64,000 nucleotides of DNA from NCBI GenBank assembly GCA_028534125.1, contig CM052818.1:1056001-1120000 (forward strand). The letters run 5' to 3'. This DNA comes from Lama glama. Its lineage: Eukaryota. Of the stretch, positions 11,901-23,600 are shown in pieces. The notes below the pieces were generated by a model, which worked only from the letters and a program-made list of their open reading frames with translations, did not search any database and had not been told where the DNA came from. Within the stretch, counting starts at the first letter, position 1. Each line of letters starts with the position of its first letter. The position numbers were made by a program, and so were the translations under genes.

Positions 11901-12369
11901 CTAACTCTCTTAACAAGAAAACTTCGCCAACCTGGTCCCAGGAACTTCTACGATGTATGTTCCACAGAGTGAGAAAAGGGAGACAAAATCAAGAGGCTGG
12001 AGGGAAGTTGGGGCCCCTAGCTCAAGAGGCTAGGATCTAATAAAAACAGTACATTAAAAAGAAAAGTTAGAGAAAGAAAATCCATGCGAGGACATGGGAG
12101 CTGTCACTACACTGGGGCCTAAGAAAAGCTTTGGGGTTTGGGAGTGTGATGGTCTCAGCTTCAATGCAAAGAAAACAGGGAGGGAGAGAAAAGGGGGCTC
12201 TCGCAAAGTGTGTTCTTCTAGTAGCATATACATAGAAATTTCTTCTTGATTTCTATTTGGAGGCCCGATAACTCATCTTTGAATGAAACACATCTTTGAG
12301 CCACCTAGGATCTCAGCTTTATTAGAATTCATTAGACTCTAGCCAGCTAGAAAGAGAAAATAAATCTTC

Positions 12370-12770
12370 CTTAACGTGACAAAGGGAAACGACCAGAAAT
12401 CAATAGCTGACTTAATGGTGAAATGTTAAAAGCATGCTCCTAAAATGTAAGACCAAGACAACGATGTCCATTCTCATTGCTATTATGCAACTGAAGGTCC
12501 TACTTTGAGAAGAAGATAAAAAGCAAGTATAATTTTTGGAAAGGAAGAATCAAAATACAGTTATCTGCAGATGTTATTATTATGGAGCTAGAAAAGAGAG
12601 TTAACTGAAAAACTATTACAATGAAAAAGCAAATTAAGTGGTCAATACAAGGTCAACACAGAAAAATCAACAGTTCTCCTACAGATCAGTAACAAGTAAT
12701 TAAAAAACCATGAAGGTCAAGAGATATCATTTCCAGTAGCAACTAAAGACTATAAAATACTGTGTACATA
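12370..12770 (+). mobile_element. Ancient L1 ORF2 fragment
   Basis: Decayed RT-region text (aatggtgaaatgttaaaagc...aagacaacgatgtccattctc...tctgcagatg...caaggtcaacacagaaaaatcaa). Confidence 0.6.
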
Positions 12771-12798
12771 TACACTTAAAATGGTTAAAATGGTAAAT

Positions 12799-12932
12799 TT
12801 AAAAAATTGTTTTTGGTGGAGGGAGATAATTAGGTTTACTTATTTATTTATTCTTAGAGGAAGTACTGAGGATTGAACCCAGGACCTCGTGTGTGCTAAG
12901 CATGCGCTCTACCACTGAGCTACAACCTCCCC
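12799..12932 (-). mobile_element. tRNA-derived camelid SINE (Vic-1 type)
   Basis: Reverse complement GGGGAGGTTGTAGCTCAGTGGTAGAGCGCATGCTTAGCACACACGAGGTCCTGGGTTCAATCCTCAGTACTTCCTCTAAGAATAAATAAATAAGTAAACCTAATTATCTCCC: Pol III A box (TAGCTCAGTGG) and B box (GGTTCAATCC), followed by a tRNA-unrelated (AATA)n tail. Confidence 0.85.
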
Positions 12933-13019
12933 CTCACTCTTGCTGTTGAGCAATCTTTGTCAGCTCAGTGTTGTTCCTTTGTAGGTGGTAAGACTTTTTC
13001 CTTTCTGATTGCCTTAAGA

Positions 13020-16000
13020 AGACTTTCTATCATGGAAAATTTCAAATGTACCCCAAAGCAGAGAGAAGGGTTTAATGAACTTCCACATTCCCAACACACG
13101 GCTTCAGTAGTTAACATTTTTGCCAAGTGTTTCCTTTATTCTTCCTCCCCTTCCTGGAGGCATTATTTGCTTTTGCAGGAGCACTTAGAGCAAATTCCAG
13201 ATCATATGTATGAATCAGATTGTGTCTTTGATAGATAAGGACTTTTTGCTTAATTTTTTAAATGTTAATCTCTTAATGTCATCTAATTCCTCATGCATGA
13301 TCAAATTCCTCTGTTTAAAAAGGTCTTTTACAGTTGGTTTGTTTGGCTCAGCATCCAAACAAAGTCCATACTGTGCACTGGGTCTGTATGGTTTTCAAGT
13401 CTGTTTTTATCTGTCACAATTCTACTCACCTTTTTAAAACTTTTACGCCATTTATTTATTGATAAAAACTGGACACTTGTCCTGTAGAATTTTCCACAAA
13501 CAGGACTGGGCTGATTACCTCTTCATGGAGCCATCTCTCTTGTTCCTCTAGTCCCTGTATGTCCCATAAATTGGTAGTTATAGCTAGAGCCTTAATTAGA
13601 TTTAGGTTAAATTACTTTAGAAAATCCTGCATAGGTACCAGTGGGTTGCATTACGCCAAGAGGCAAGCTGTGTTTGGTTGTTTCACTTTGATGTTAAATT
13701 CTTCTGGTGCTGAATTAGGGTGTACAAAGTGGCCATTTACTTCTTCTCTGTCATCCCTTCCGATTTTTTAGCTGGAATTCATCCACCAGAGTGACTTCAT
13801 TAACTAACTGACTGAAATGCAGTTAATGTTCCCTCAAGGTGACTGGTGGGGGGGTATGTATGTGTGAGATTATGAAATTATGGAAGCTTCAATATGCAGT
13901 CATTATTATTTATTGTTTTTGATGCTGACATTATCTCATCTTTACGCAACGTCCCTTCAAGTTGCCTCCAATGATCTTTGTAAAATTACTCTAGTAGTTG
14001 TTGACAACTTCCTTATTTTATGGCTCAGTAGATCTCCTAGGTTCATCTCGTACATTTCTGGTTCCTGAACTAGAAACCAGCCATTTCTCCAGGGAGTCCT
14101 GGTTCTTTTTGCAAGAGATCATATTTAGAGAGAAAAATTTGGTCACTAAACGTGCCTATTGCCACTAGATTGTCATTTCTTCAGAGGACAGAGCTGGAAA
14201 ATACATGTTATTTTTTTAAAAGTAAGCCATGAGTTTCCATTGATATTTCCAATTCAATTTGAAGACTGTAAAGTTTTTAACTAAACTTAAAAAAATTTTA
14301 ATCTCTGGCTGCTTTTACAGCTCTTCCTTTGTCTTTAGTATTCTTCACTTTCCTTAAGCATCTAGGGGTGGATTTCTTCATATTTATCCTGCTTGATATT
14401 ATGTTGTGCACCTTGTATCTGTGGATTCATATCCCTCAGCAAAGTTCTGGATACTCTTCCTTTATCTCTTTATAATTGCTTCTACTACATTCTTTCTTTA
14501 TTGCCCTTCTGGGATTTCAATTAGACAAATGACAGGCCTTTTCACTCTATACTCCATGGCTCTTAAACCCTCTTTCAATTTTTCAATCTCCTGTTTCTCT
14601 TTGCTGCATTTAAAGTAATCTCTTCAGCTCTTTCTTCACTGTTTCTCTAATCTGCGGCTCAACATACTCAGTAAAGTGATTCTTCTATTGCAGTATTATT
14701 TGTTGATGGAAAAACTAGAGGGAGATTAAATTCCATCACTGGAGAATGTTTAAGTAAATTATTATGTGTATATAAAATGAATATTATGAAGTCATTTACA
14801 TGATATTTATAAAGTTTCAAAAATAATGTACAAAACTAACAAGTAATTTTAAGTGAAAAATAATATCAATTATATACACACTTTTGTCTCAGTTATGTAT
14901 AAATTATGCACAGAAATAAAAGTGTGATCCACGGAAAGTAGACTAGGCAAGAAAAAATAGATAAGACTGTGATCCTTGCAACACAATAGAGCAGTGAAAA
15001 ATAAATGCAATGGAGACACACAAATCAGCATGAACAAATCTCATGACCTTGAAAAAGCAAACTACAGAAGCATACATGCACTATGATTTATAGAAAAGTC
15101 AAAACTAAATGAAACAACATATTGCTTAGAAGTGGGTACCACTTGTGAAATTACTTAAATACATATACGTTAAAACTATAAAGAAAAGTGAAGTGAAAAC
15201 ACAAAATTCAAAATATTGGTTGGTAGATCCACTGATTTTGCTTTGTTTTTATTCCTTATATTTTAAAAATATGCAATAAATATTCTTTTGTATTTATTCA
15301 GTATTTACTAAGACCATATGTTTAAAAGGGTGAAAGGAAATAATATTATAGTGGTATTTATTGCTGCATCTGGGAATTTTGATTATGTGTGATTTTTTCC
15401 CTCTTTATTTTTATAAAACATTAAAATTTTGTGCAGTGAGAGTGTATGACTTTTATGGTCAGAAAAAAATATGCTAGCTAAGTTGGAAAGTTGGCAGGAA
15501 AACGGTGAATGTTTTTAGAAATGAACCTCACCTTGGAATGTTAAAAAACAAGAAAATTTAGGTAAGATGTTTTACTGGTCCTCATGCATAAGAAGAAAAC
15601 AACATTTTTTTTTTGCATGGTAACAATAATATGAACCTCACAAGGTGTGATGATCTGAAAGTGATGACATTGAGAATCTTAAATAGTATTCTACAAGTAT
15701 TAATTACTGTGAGAAATCTGTAAGAAAAGCTGAGCATAAAATTGTTCAGATAGAATTTATAGAGCATTCTCTAGCAGCCAGATTTGGGAGATTTTAAAAA
15801 CGTTAACAAGATAAGTATAGTATCCTTCTTTAGAGATTTAAATGCAATTTATTTGGACAATTTCAAAGATACCTGAAAAGTGGGGAGAAAAATTTAATGA
15901 ATTCCCGTATACCTACTACCCAGATTCAACAATTATCAAAATTTTGTCAAACTTGCTTCGTCTTTTCCCCATGTGTGTGTGTTTGCTGCTGATGAAGTAT

Positions 16001-17200
16001 TATGAGACAAAATCTAGACTTAATGCATCTCTAAAATATGTGTTTTTCTTACATAGACATAGTGCCATGATCACATTTAACAAGATTAACAATAATTCTT
16101 TGGAATTCTCTAATATTGGCTTATATTCAAATTTCCCTAATTTTCTCAGAAATGTCTCTTTAGAGTTGGTCTGTCTGCATTGGGACCCACACACTACATT
16201 TAGTAATTCTGTCTCTTAAATTTCTCTCAGTCTGAAGCAATCTCTCTCTCTTTGCCCCCCTTTGTTTGTCTTGTGACAGTGACGTGTTGAGGAAACTGGG
16301 TCAGCTGTCCTGTGGAATGTCTCCATTTTTGTTTTCATCATCTCTGACCTTCCTCGTGGTGTTGTTTAACCTGTTTTTCTCTCCCTTGTGTTGCTGGAAA
16401 CTGGAAATCAGCTCTGAGGCTTGATCAGATTTGGGTCCTTATTTTGTTGAGACCATGTTATACACAGGGCTGTGTACTTTATATTGCATCGCATCAAGAT
16501 GCTCACATTGTCCAATTGTTTCATGTCTGCTAAGTTTTCTCACTTTAACAATTCCATGTTTTTCCTTTCTGGAAGCACTAATTTTCTCCGTTCTGTTTTA
16601 AATAGTCCTTTTCTCCATCCTTTAAAACAGTCTCTTCTGTCTTGCTCATTTGCGATTCCATCTCATTTCCTTAAACATTTCATACATAGGAGTTTTCATT
16701 ATGTAGCTGATAATTCTCACCGAAACTCTACATCTGTTGTTTATTGTTTCTGCTGACTCTCACCCACTGTAGTTTGTTGGGAACACTTTGACTGAGAGCA
16801 CATGTTTAGGTGAAGAGTGATGCTTTCCTCCAGAAAGGGTCTGGTTTTGCTTCCAGGAGACACTGTGGGCACTGGGGCCTGGAACCACCTTGGTTGCCTT
16901 CTAGAGTCCTGGCCGTGATGCTGAGTGTCGGGTTCAGGTCCCCGTCCTGCTTCAGGCCTGCAGGTTGATCAAGGGGCCCGCTGTCAGCATTTGCCTCAGG
17001 CAACCCGGACTTGAGTTCCTATCATTTACCATTATGGTTTCAAATGAAGGTTTTTGCTGTTTGTATTTGTTTTGTTTTGTTTTGTTTTCTCTTTTGAGAT
17101 TTTTCCTGTTTCTCGTGAGCTCAGAAAAAGTGTCATGCTTTATGTAACCTCTAGTTATTCTGTAGTAGGCCCTACTCCTGGAAGGAAGTGGGAGCCTCTA
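13020..17200. mobile_element. Cluster of heavily decayed L1M (L1MC/ME-type) fragments in both orientations
   Basis: AT-rich, with recognisable old-L1 3' phrases (atggaaaatttcaaatgtaccccaaag, ccagccatttctccagggagtcctggtt, attcaaatttccctaattttctcagaaatgtc). Confidence 0.55.
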
Positions 17201-17330
17201 GGACAACTTGTAGAATTAAAATGTGGAAATAACTTGAATGTTCAATAGGAGGGTGACAATTTAATGAATTATGGAGCTTTACTACAACAGAACATGATGG
17301 AATAGTTTAAATCAAGAAGAGATGGGGTCT

Positions 17331-17527
17331 ACCAGTAATTCCACTCCTGGAGATATGTCCAAAGAAAACAAAAACACTAATTTGAAAAGATACATGCACC
17401 CCAATTTTCACAGCAGGACATTTACAATAGCCAAGATATGGAAGCAACTTGTGTCCATCAACAGATGAGTAGATTAAAAAAGGTATGTGTGTGTGTATGT
17501 ATATATATATATATATATATACATGTG

Positions 17528-17579
<52 letters not shown>

Positions 17580-18012
17580 GGAATATTACTAAGCCATAAA
17601 AAGTGAAAATTTACCCTTCGTAACAATGTAGATGACTTGGAGGGTATTATGCTTAGTGAAGTTTAAGTCAAACAGAGAAAGACAAATACTCTATGCTATC
17701 AGTTATATGTGGAACATAAAGAATAAAACAAACGAGTGAATGTAACAAAACAGAAATAGACTCACAGATATAAAGAACAAACCAGTGGTTACTAGGGGAG
17801 AGAGAAGGGGTGGGGCAAGATAGGGGTATGAGATTAAGAGGTACAAACTACTATGGATAAAATAAATAAGCTACAAAGATATATTGTATAGCACAGGGAA
17901 TAAAGCCAATATTTTATAACTTTAAATGCAGGGTAGTCTATAAAAATTTTGAATCACGATATTGTATACCTGAAACTAATATACTATTGTAAATCAACTA
18001 CACTTCAGTGAA
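17331..18012 (+). mobile_element. 5'-truncated L1 3' end containing a microsatellite
   Basis: ccactcctggagatatgtccaaag...gatacatgcacccca...ttgtaaatcaactacacttca; degenerate TSD aagaagagatggggtcta / aagaaaacatggatcta. Confidence 0.85.
17484..17577. repeat. Compound (TG)n(TA)n(AC)~22 microsatellite
   Basis: Read directly from the sequence; perfect AC run ~17533-17577. Confidence 0.95.
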
Positions 18013-18208
18013 AAGAAAACATGGATCTATGTGTGAAGACTGGAAAATCTCTAATATATATTGTTAAATGAAAAAGCAAACTAGAATTCTATGTGGCATG
18101 ATCCAATTTATACATTAGAAAAAGTCCAAGTCAATATATATGGAAATGAATAAATAGAAAAAGGCCTTGGAGAATCCACAGAAATCTGTTAATAAGAATT
18201 ACCTTTGG

Positions 18209-19104
18209 ACTGCAGCCAAGATGGCAGAATAAAAAGACCCTGAACTCACCTCCTCTCATAAGCATACCCAAAACACAGCTATAGGCCGAACAACCATTCA
18301 TAAAAAAGACTGGAACTACCAGAAAGTATCTTCTACAGCTAAGGACATAAAGAAGGAACCATCACAATGAAACTGGTAGGAGAGATGGACTCGTCATATA
18401 ATCAAATCCCAGACCCTCCAGGTGGGTGAGCCACACACTGGAGAAAAATTACATGGCAGAGGTTCTCCCATAGGAGCGAGCATTCTGAGCCCCATGTCAG
18501 TCAGGCTCCCTAGCCCGGGGGTCCAGCACTGGGGAGACAAGCCCCAGAACATCTGGCTTAGAAGGCCAGGAGCCCCACAGGACTAGGGGAAAGAGACTTC
18601 ACTCTTAAGGGATGCTCACAAAATCTCCTGTGCACTGGGCAGGGCAAAAGAAGTCATGTGATAGGAGCCTGGGCCAGGCCTACCTGCTGGTCTCAGAGAG
18701 TTTGTAGAGAGGCAGGGGGTGGCTGCAGCTCACTCTAGGGACCCCAACATGAGCAATGGACTTACTGGGGGAACGTTCAGCCTTGTGACCACTGCTGCTG
18801 TGGTGGCTGACATATTATTAGATCATTAGCTCCAAGATCTGGCCCCATCCAACATCCTGTAGATAGCAGTGCTGGGGCACCTCAGGGAAAAGGAAACTGG
18901 GCGGGAACACAGCCCCACTCATCACAAGGAAAATTCTTTCTCTTCTTCTTTTCTTTTTTTATCTATATGAGATGATGGATGTTTACTAAACTTATTCTGG
19001 TAACCATTTCATGATGTGTTTAAGTTAAATCATTGTGCTGTATACCTTGGACTTATACAATGCTGTATGTCAATTAGATTTCAATAAAACTGTTAGAAGA
19101 AGAA
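18209..19104 (+). mobile_element. L1-derived element: ~720 bp L1 5' UTR joined directly to ~180 bp L1 3' end
   Basis: Starts with the L1 5' terminus (caagatggc YY1 motif); ends in ...gtatgtcaattagatttcaataaaactg + A-rich tail; TSD aagaattacctttgg (18194-18208) / aaaaattacctctgg (19105-19119). Confidence 0.75.
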
Positions 19105-21789
19105 AAAAATTACCTCTGGGGCAAGAAGAGGTAGGGATGGGGACTAAGGGTGAGTTTTACTCTTTATCTACACCGGTAGGGTTTGAGTTCTTTTTTCTTT
19201 TGGTATAACAGAATGTCCTTACGTAGTCCTTTTGTAAATTTCTTTTTAAAAAGGAAGTTGTCAGCAGTGTCAATTGCCTCAGAGAGGCCAAGGAAGGACT
19301 GCAAAGTGCTCACTGAATTTGGCAACTTGGAGGCTATTGGTGACTTCTGGAAGAGCTGCTGGTGAAGTGGATGCCGGACTGCAGGGGTGAGGGGAGAGGG
19401 AGGGGCCGCGGAGGCAGGAAGCTCACCTGTGAAAAGAGGGAGTGAGGTGAGGAAGACAGCAGATAGGAGGAGGGTAAGTAAGGGTTCTAACCGGATGGAG
19501 TTTGAGAACAAAGACAGCAGGCAGGGCAGGTGTCAGGAGCAAGGTGTGGTCTTAAACACGGAAACAAACCAGAGACAGGATATCTGAAGGCTCAGGGACA
19601 GGTTGGGAAAGGTAGATGGGTCCGGAGGATTTGTTTTGGAAGCAGGCTGTGAATGTTCAAGGACATTAGTGGCCTGTTTCTCTAAGTGTATGTGCTTGCA
19701 TGTGATGGCTGGGGTCTGGGGCTGATGGTGCTGGTGCCTGATCAAAGGACTCTTTCAGGGCAGAACTGTTGAAGTTGGGTGGTGGACTCTTGTTTGGGGC
19801 AGGTGCAGGGGAAGTTTGAGGAGCCAGGTTGAGAGTGATGATCCTTGGAGTCCAGTCAAATAGGAAGGGAATGAGGAAGGAAAGCACCTAATACTATATG
19901 TGGCACATAGCAGATGCTCAATAAACACTGGTTGACTGTTGCCAAGGGATCAGAAGCCTCAATAAGACTGAAGAGCAAGCACTGCGAGACTAAGCACGTA
20001 AGAGCTGGAGGAGTAGGTGGCTGGTGTAGAAAGTGCAATATTGAAAGGCTAGGGTTTCAAAATGGTTTGGTGTTGGTCATGACAAAATTTCAGCTATGGT
20101 TTGATAGAGTGGGGTGTAGAAGAAGGTCTTTTGAGGAAATCAGGTGAAACGGGATTTTTGAGTGCTGAGAGATCCTAAAAGTTGGCATGCCCTCCCTTGC
20201 CTACCAGGGTCTCAGTGTTTCCAGGCCATGGTCTCCGACATCCCTATTCATTGGTCTTTGATAGCACATTCTCCTCTGCCTATGCCTTCACTCACCGTTT
20301 TCAGTTAACTTCCTGGCTGAGTGGGAGCCTGCCTGAGCTCCTGGGTACCCCCAAGCAATTACAACACCCCAGTCGTGCTCTTCCATTTGCCTGAGGGTCT
20401 GCTATCACCTGACTCATGGATCTTCCGCCTCTGCAGGGGCTTGTCCTCAAGTCCTGAGCATCCTGGGATGATGTGAACACCTCTTTGCCAAATCAGAGAG
20501 AAAGAGACCATCACAGTTTGGAAGATTAGATATTTTACAGTTGTTCAGACACTGTTGACTTTCAAAAACTTTCTTATATGTATCATTTTTTCTATTCCTC
20601 ACATTATCTCAGGATGTTAAAATAATACAGGAAATATGAGCAGAGGGATTCTGGTGGTGGGGACAGGGGATGGCACATGGCTGTGGAGACACAAAAGGCC
20701 AGGTTCTGAGCCCTAGATTTGCTGAACCAGGCACTTGAATCTTATGGGGTCCCCAAAGTAAGCATTCTCACCAGGACTGATTCACATTGGTCAAACTTAT
20801 AAGAGATTAATGTACAAACCAGATTTAAATTTGTATTTACAGTAAGGCATATATTTTTCAAAAGCTGCCTCCTATATCTATGCTTCTTCCCCAGGGGATC
20901 TTAGCCAGGCTCATAGTGTGAAAAGGCACCTATGCCCTGATGACTCCTAAATATGTATCTCTAGTCCCAGTTTCTCCCTTTACATATCTATCCAGCTTTC
21001 TAGTCTACCTTTCCTTTGAATTGACTAACAGGCATCTCGTGGCTGCCTCAGTTCCTGCCAAGATGAGAATTCACTTGGGCTGCTGGCTCCCTCCCCAAGC
21101 TAAACACAGGAGGAATTAGAGCAATATGAAATCCAAGAAGTAACAATGAAGAAGAATAACTTCATAACAGCTATTTAGAATTGGACTGTGTGTCTTTGTG
21201 GTTGTGTGTGTCTTTGTGGTTGTGTGTGTATGAGTGGGCAGGGGGTAGCTGCATTCTGAGGCAAAGGTAACTATGACCATAAGGATAAAAGAAAAGTGTT
21301 TGACTTTTTGCTCTTGCCTCTCCCACATCTTTGCATTGGACAGTCACTGCTTGTCCTTCACTGCAGAATGACAGAGACAGTGGCTCAGATGACTGCTCAG
21401 GGTGTCTGTGGGGATGAACTCAAGGCAGCATAAAAGCCCTGCCAGGGTCAAGAGTTGATAAATTGGGGGAACAGCTGTCTTTGAACAAACCTTTCAACTC
21501 TGCTACCCTTTGCCCTTAAAATCCCCAGGCTGGCCCTTCCAATCAGTGGAGGCAGCTTCCTCCTAGCACAGTGAAACCAAGAGCCCAAGGAGTTTGGGGG
21601 CCTAGTGCAGACAAGCAGGTGTGATGACCTGTGACTGTGTGATGCCTGGGGTACTCCACTCAAGATCTGAGTCCCTCTCCTCTCCTTGAACTTAACAGGC
21701 TAGCAGACACTAAGTGGCCTTCTGTCCTTCCCTAAAAGGCAGGTAGGGCAGAGTAGCCAATACCTAGAAGGAATATGGGCTCACGAGCC

Positions 21790-22500
21790 AAAATAGTGAG
21801 ACACTCAAAGAGTAAAAAATAAACCAAAAGAAAAATAAAATCACAACATGCAAAATCAGAAACAGCAGAACAGAAGCAGGAGTATTCATTAGTACAGATG
21901 ACACTGGAATTTCAAATCAGCTCCATAAATACACAGAAGAGATATTACCAGCGTAAACAAAAAAAGGAAACAATTTAAAAGAATTAAAGGAAAATATTAG
22001 GTACGGAAAAGAAAATAGTAGAGATAAATAAGACAATAAATGAGATATATAACAGATAATAATAGATTAGTCAGAATGTCGTATTGAGAAACACTCAAAG
22101 AAGGACTCGCTGAAGAATGAGAAGATGAAAAATAAAAGTTAAGAAATCAGGAGGATAGAATAGAATGCTCACATCCATATAACAGGGGTTCAGAGGGAGA
22201 AAATTAAAATGAATAGAAAAATATATTTGCAAAACAACAGACCTACATTTCTCAGGTTTGAAAAAGACGAATGACCTCAGATTGCAAGGGCCATAGGGTG
22301 CAAAATAAAGAACGGAAAATCCAAATGTGATACCAGATGGCAAAATTCAAAAATACCAAAGAGAAAATTCTAACAGTTAGATTAATATAAGACCTCTCAG
22401 CTACAGGACTGGGTGCAAGAAGACAATGTAGTAATATTTCTTACTAAATGAAACCTATAATTTTATATCCAGCCAGCTTGTCTTTCAAATGTGAAAAGAC
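21790..22500 (+). mobile_element. Ancient L1 ORF1-region remnant
   Basis: A-rich text with ORF1-like phrases (gacctcagattgcaagggcc, aaaattcaaaaataccaaagagaaaattctaa, gcaagaagacaatgtagtaatatttc). Confidence 0.55.
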
Positions 22501-22865
22501 TTAAAAAAAATCCTCAGGAAAGGGAACACTTGTACACTGTTGGTGGAAATGTAAATTGGTGCAGCCACTATGGAAAACGGTATGGAGGTTCCTTAAAAAA
22601 TTAAAAACAGAACTACCATATGATCCAGCAATCCCACTCCTGGACATATATCTGGAGAAAAATATAATCTTATAAAAGGGACTCTGAGGATGTAATTAAG
22701 TTAAGGAATTTGAATTTAAAATTTTATCACTATTATCTTGATTTTTTTAAACTGGAAAATTAGGCAGCAAAGATCTTCCTCATCAACATGGCACCCCACT
22801 CCACCCCCCAATAACAGCTCAGTCCTCGTGAGTGCACCTCCCAGCATCTGGAGTCATAATTCCTA

Positions 22866-23600
22866 TTTTTTATTGAAGTATAGTCGATTTATAATGTTAC
22901 TTTCAGGTGTACAACAAAGCAATTCAGTTATGCATATACATACATACATATATATATTTCAGATTCTTTTCAATTACAGCTCATTGTGAGAAATTGAACA
23001 TAGTTCCCTGTGCTATACAGTAGGTCCTCATGTGTCCATTTTATATATAGTAATGTGTATTTGTTAATCCCAAATTCCTAATTTATCCCTCCTCTGTCTT
23101 TCCCACCCTGGTAACCACAGTTCATTTTTTATGTCTATGAGTCTATTTCTGGTTTGTAAATAAAGTTTGTATTTTTTTTTAGATTCCACATATAAGCGAC
23201 ATCATATGATATTTGTCTTTGTCTGACTTGCTTTACTTAATGTAATAATCCCTAGGTCCACCCATGTTGCTGCAAATGGCATTATTTCATTCTTTTTTAA
23301 TGGCCGAGTAATATTTCATTTGTATATATGCCATGTCTTCTTTATCCAGCCATCTGTCAATGGACATTCAGGTTGTTTCCATGTCTTGGTTATTGTATAT
23401 AGTGCTGCTGTGAACATTGGGGTGCATGTGTCTTTTTGAATTATATTTTTCTCTGGATATATGAACAGCAGTGGGATTGCTGCATCATATAAGTCTGTTT
23501 TTAGTCTTTTAAGGAACCTCCATACGGTCCTCCATTGTAGCTGCCTCAATTTGCATTCCTACCAACAGTGTAGGAGGGTTCCTTTTTCTCGACATCCTCT
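22866..23600 (-). mobile_element. 5'-truncated L1 3' end
   Basis: Minus ORF ...DTCTPMFTAALYTITKTWKQPECPLTDGWIKK (ORF2 C-terminus); 3' UTR ttttttattgaagtatagtcgatttata. Confidence 0.9.

Noticed and set aside
12860..12932. Possible tRNA-Ala gene
   Set aside because: Acceptor and anticodon stems are degenerate and it continues into a SINE tail; called as a SINE.
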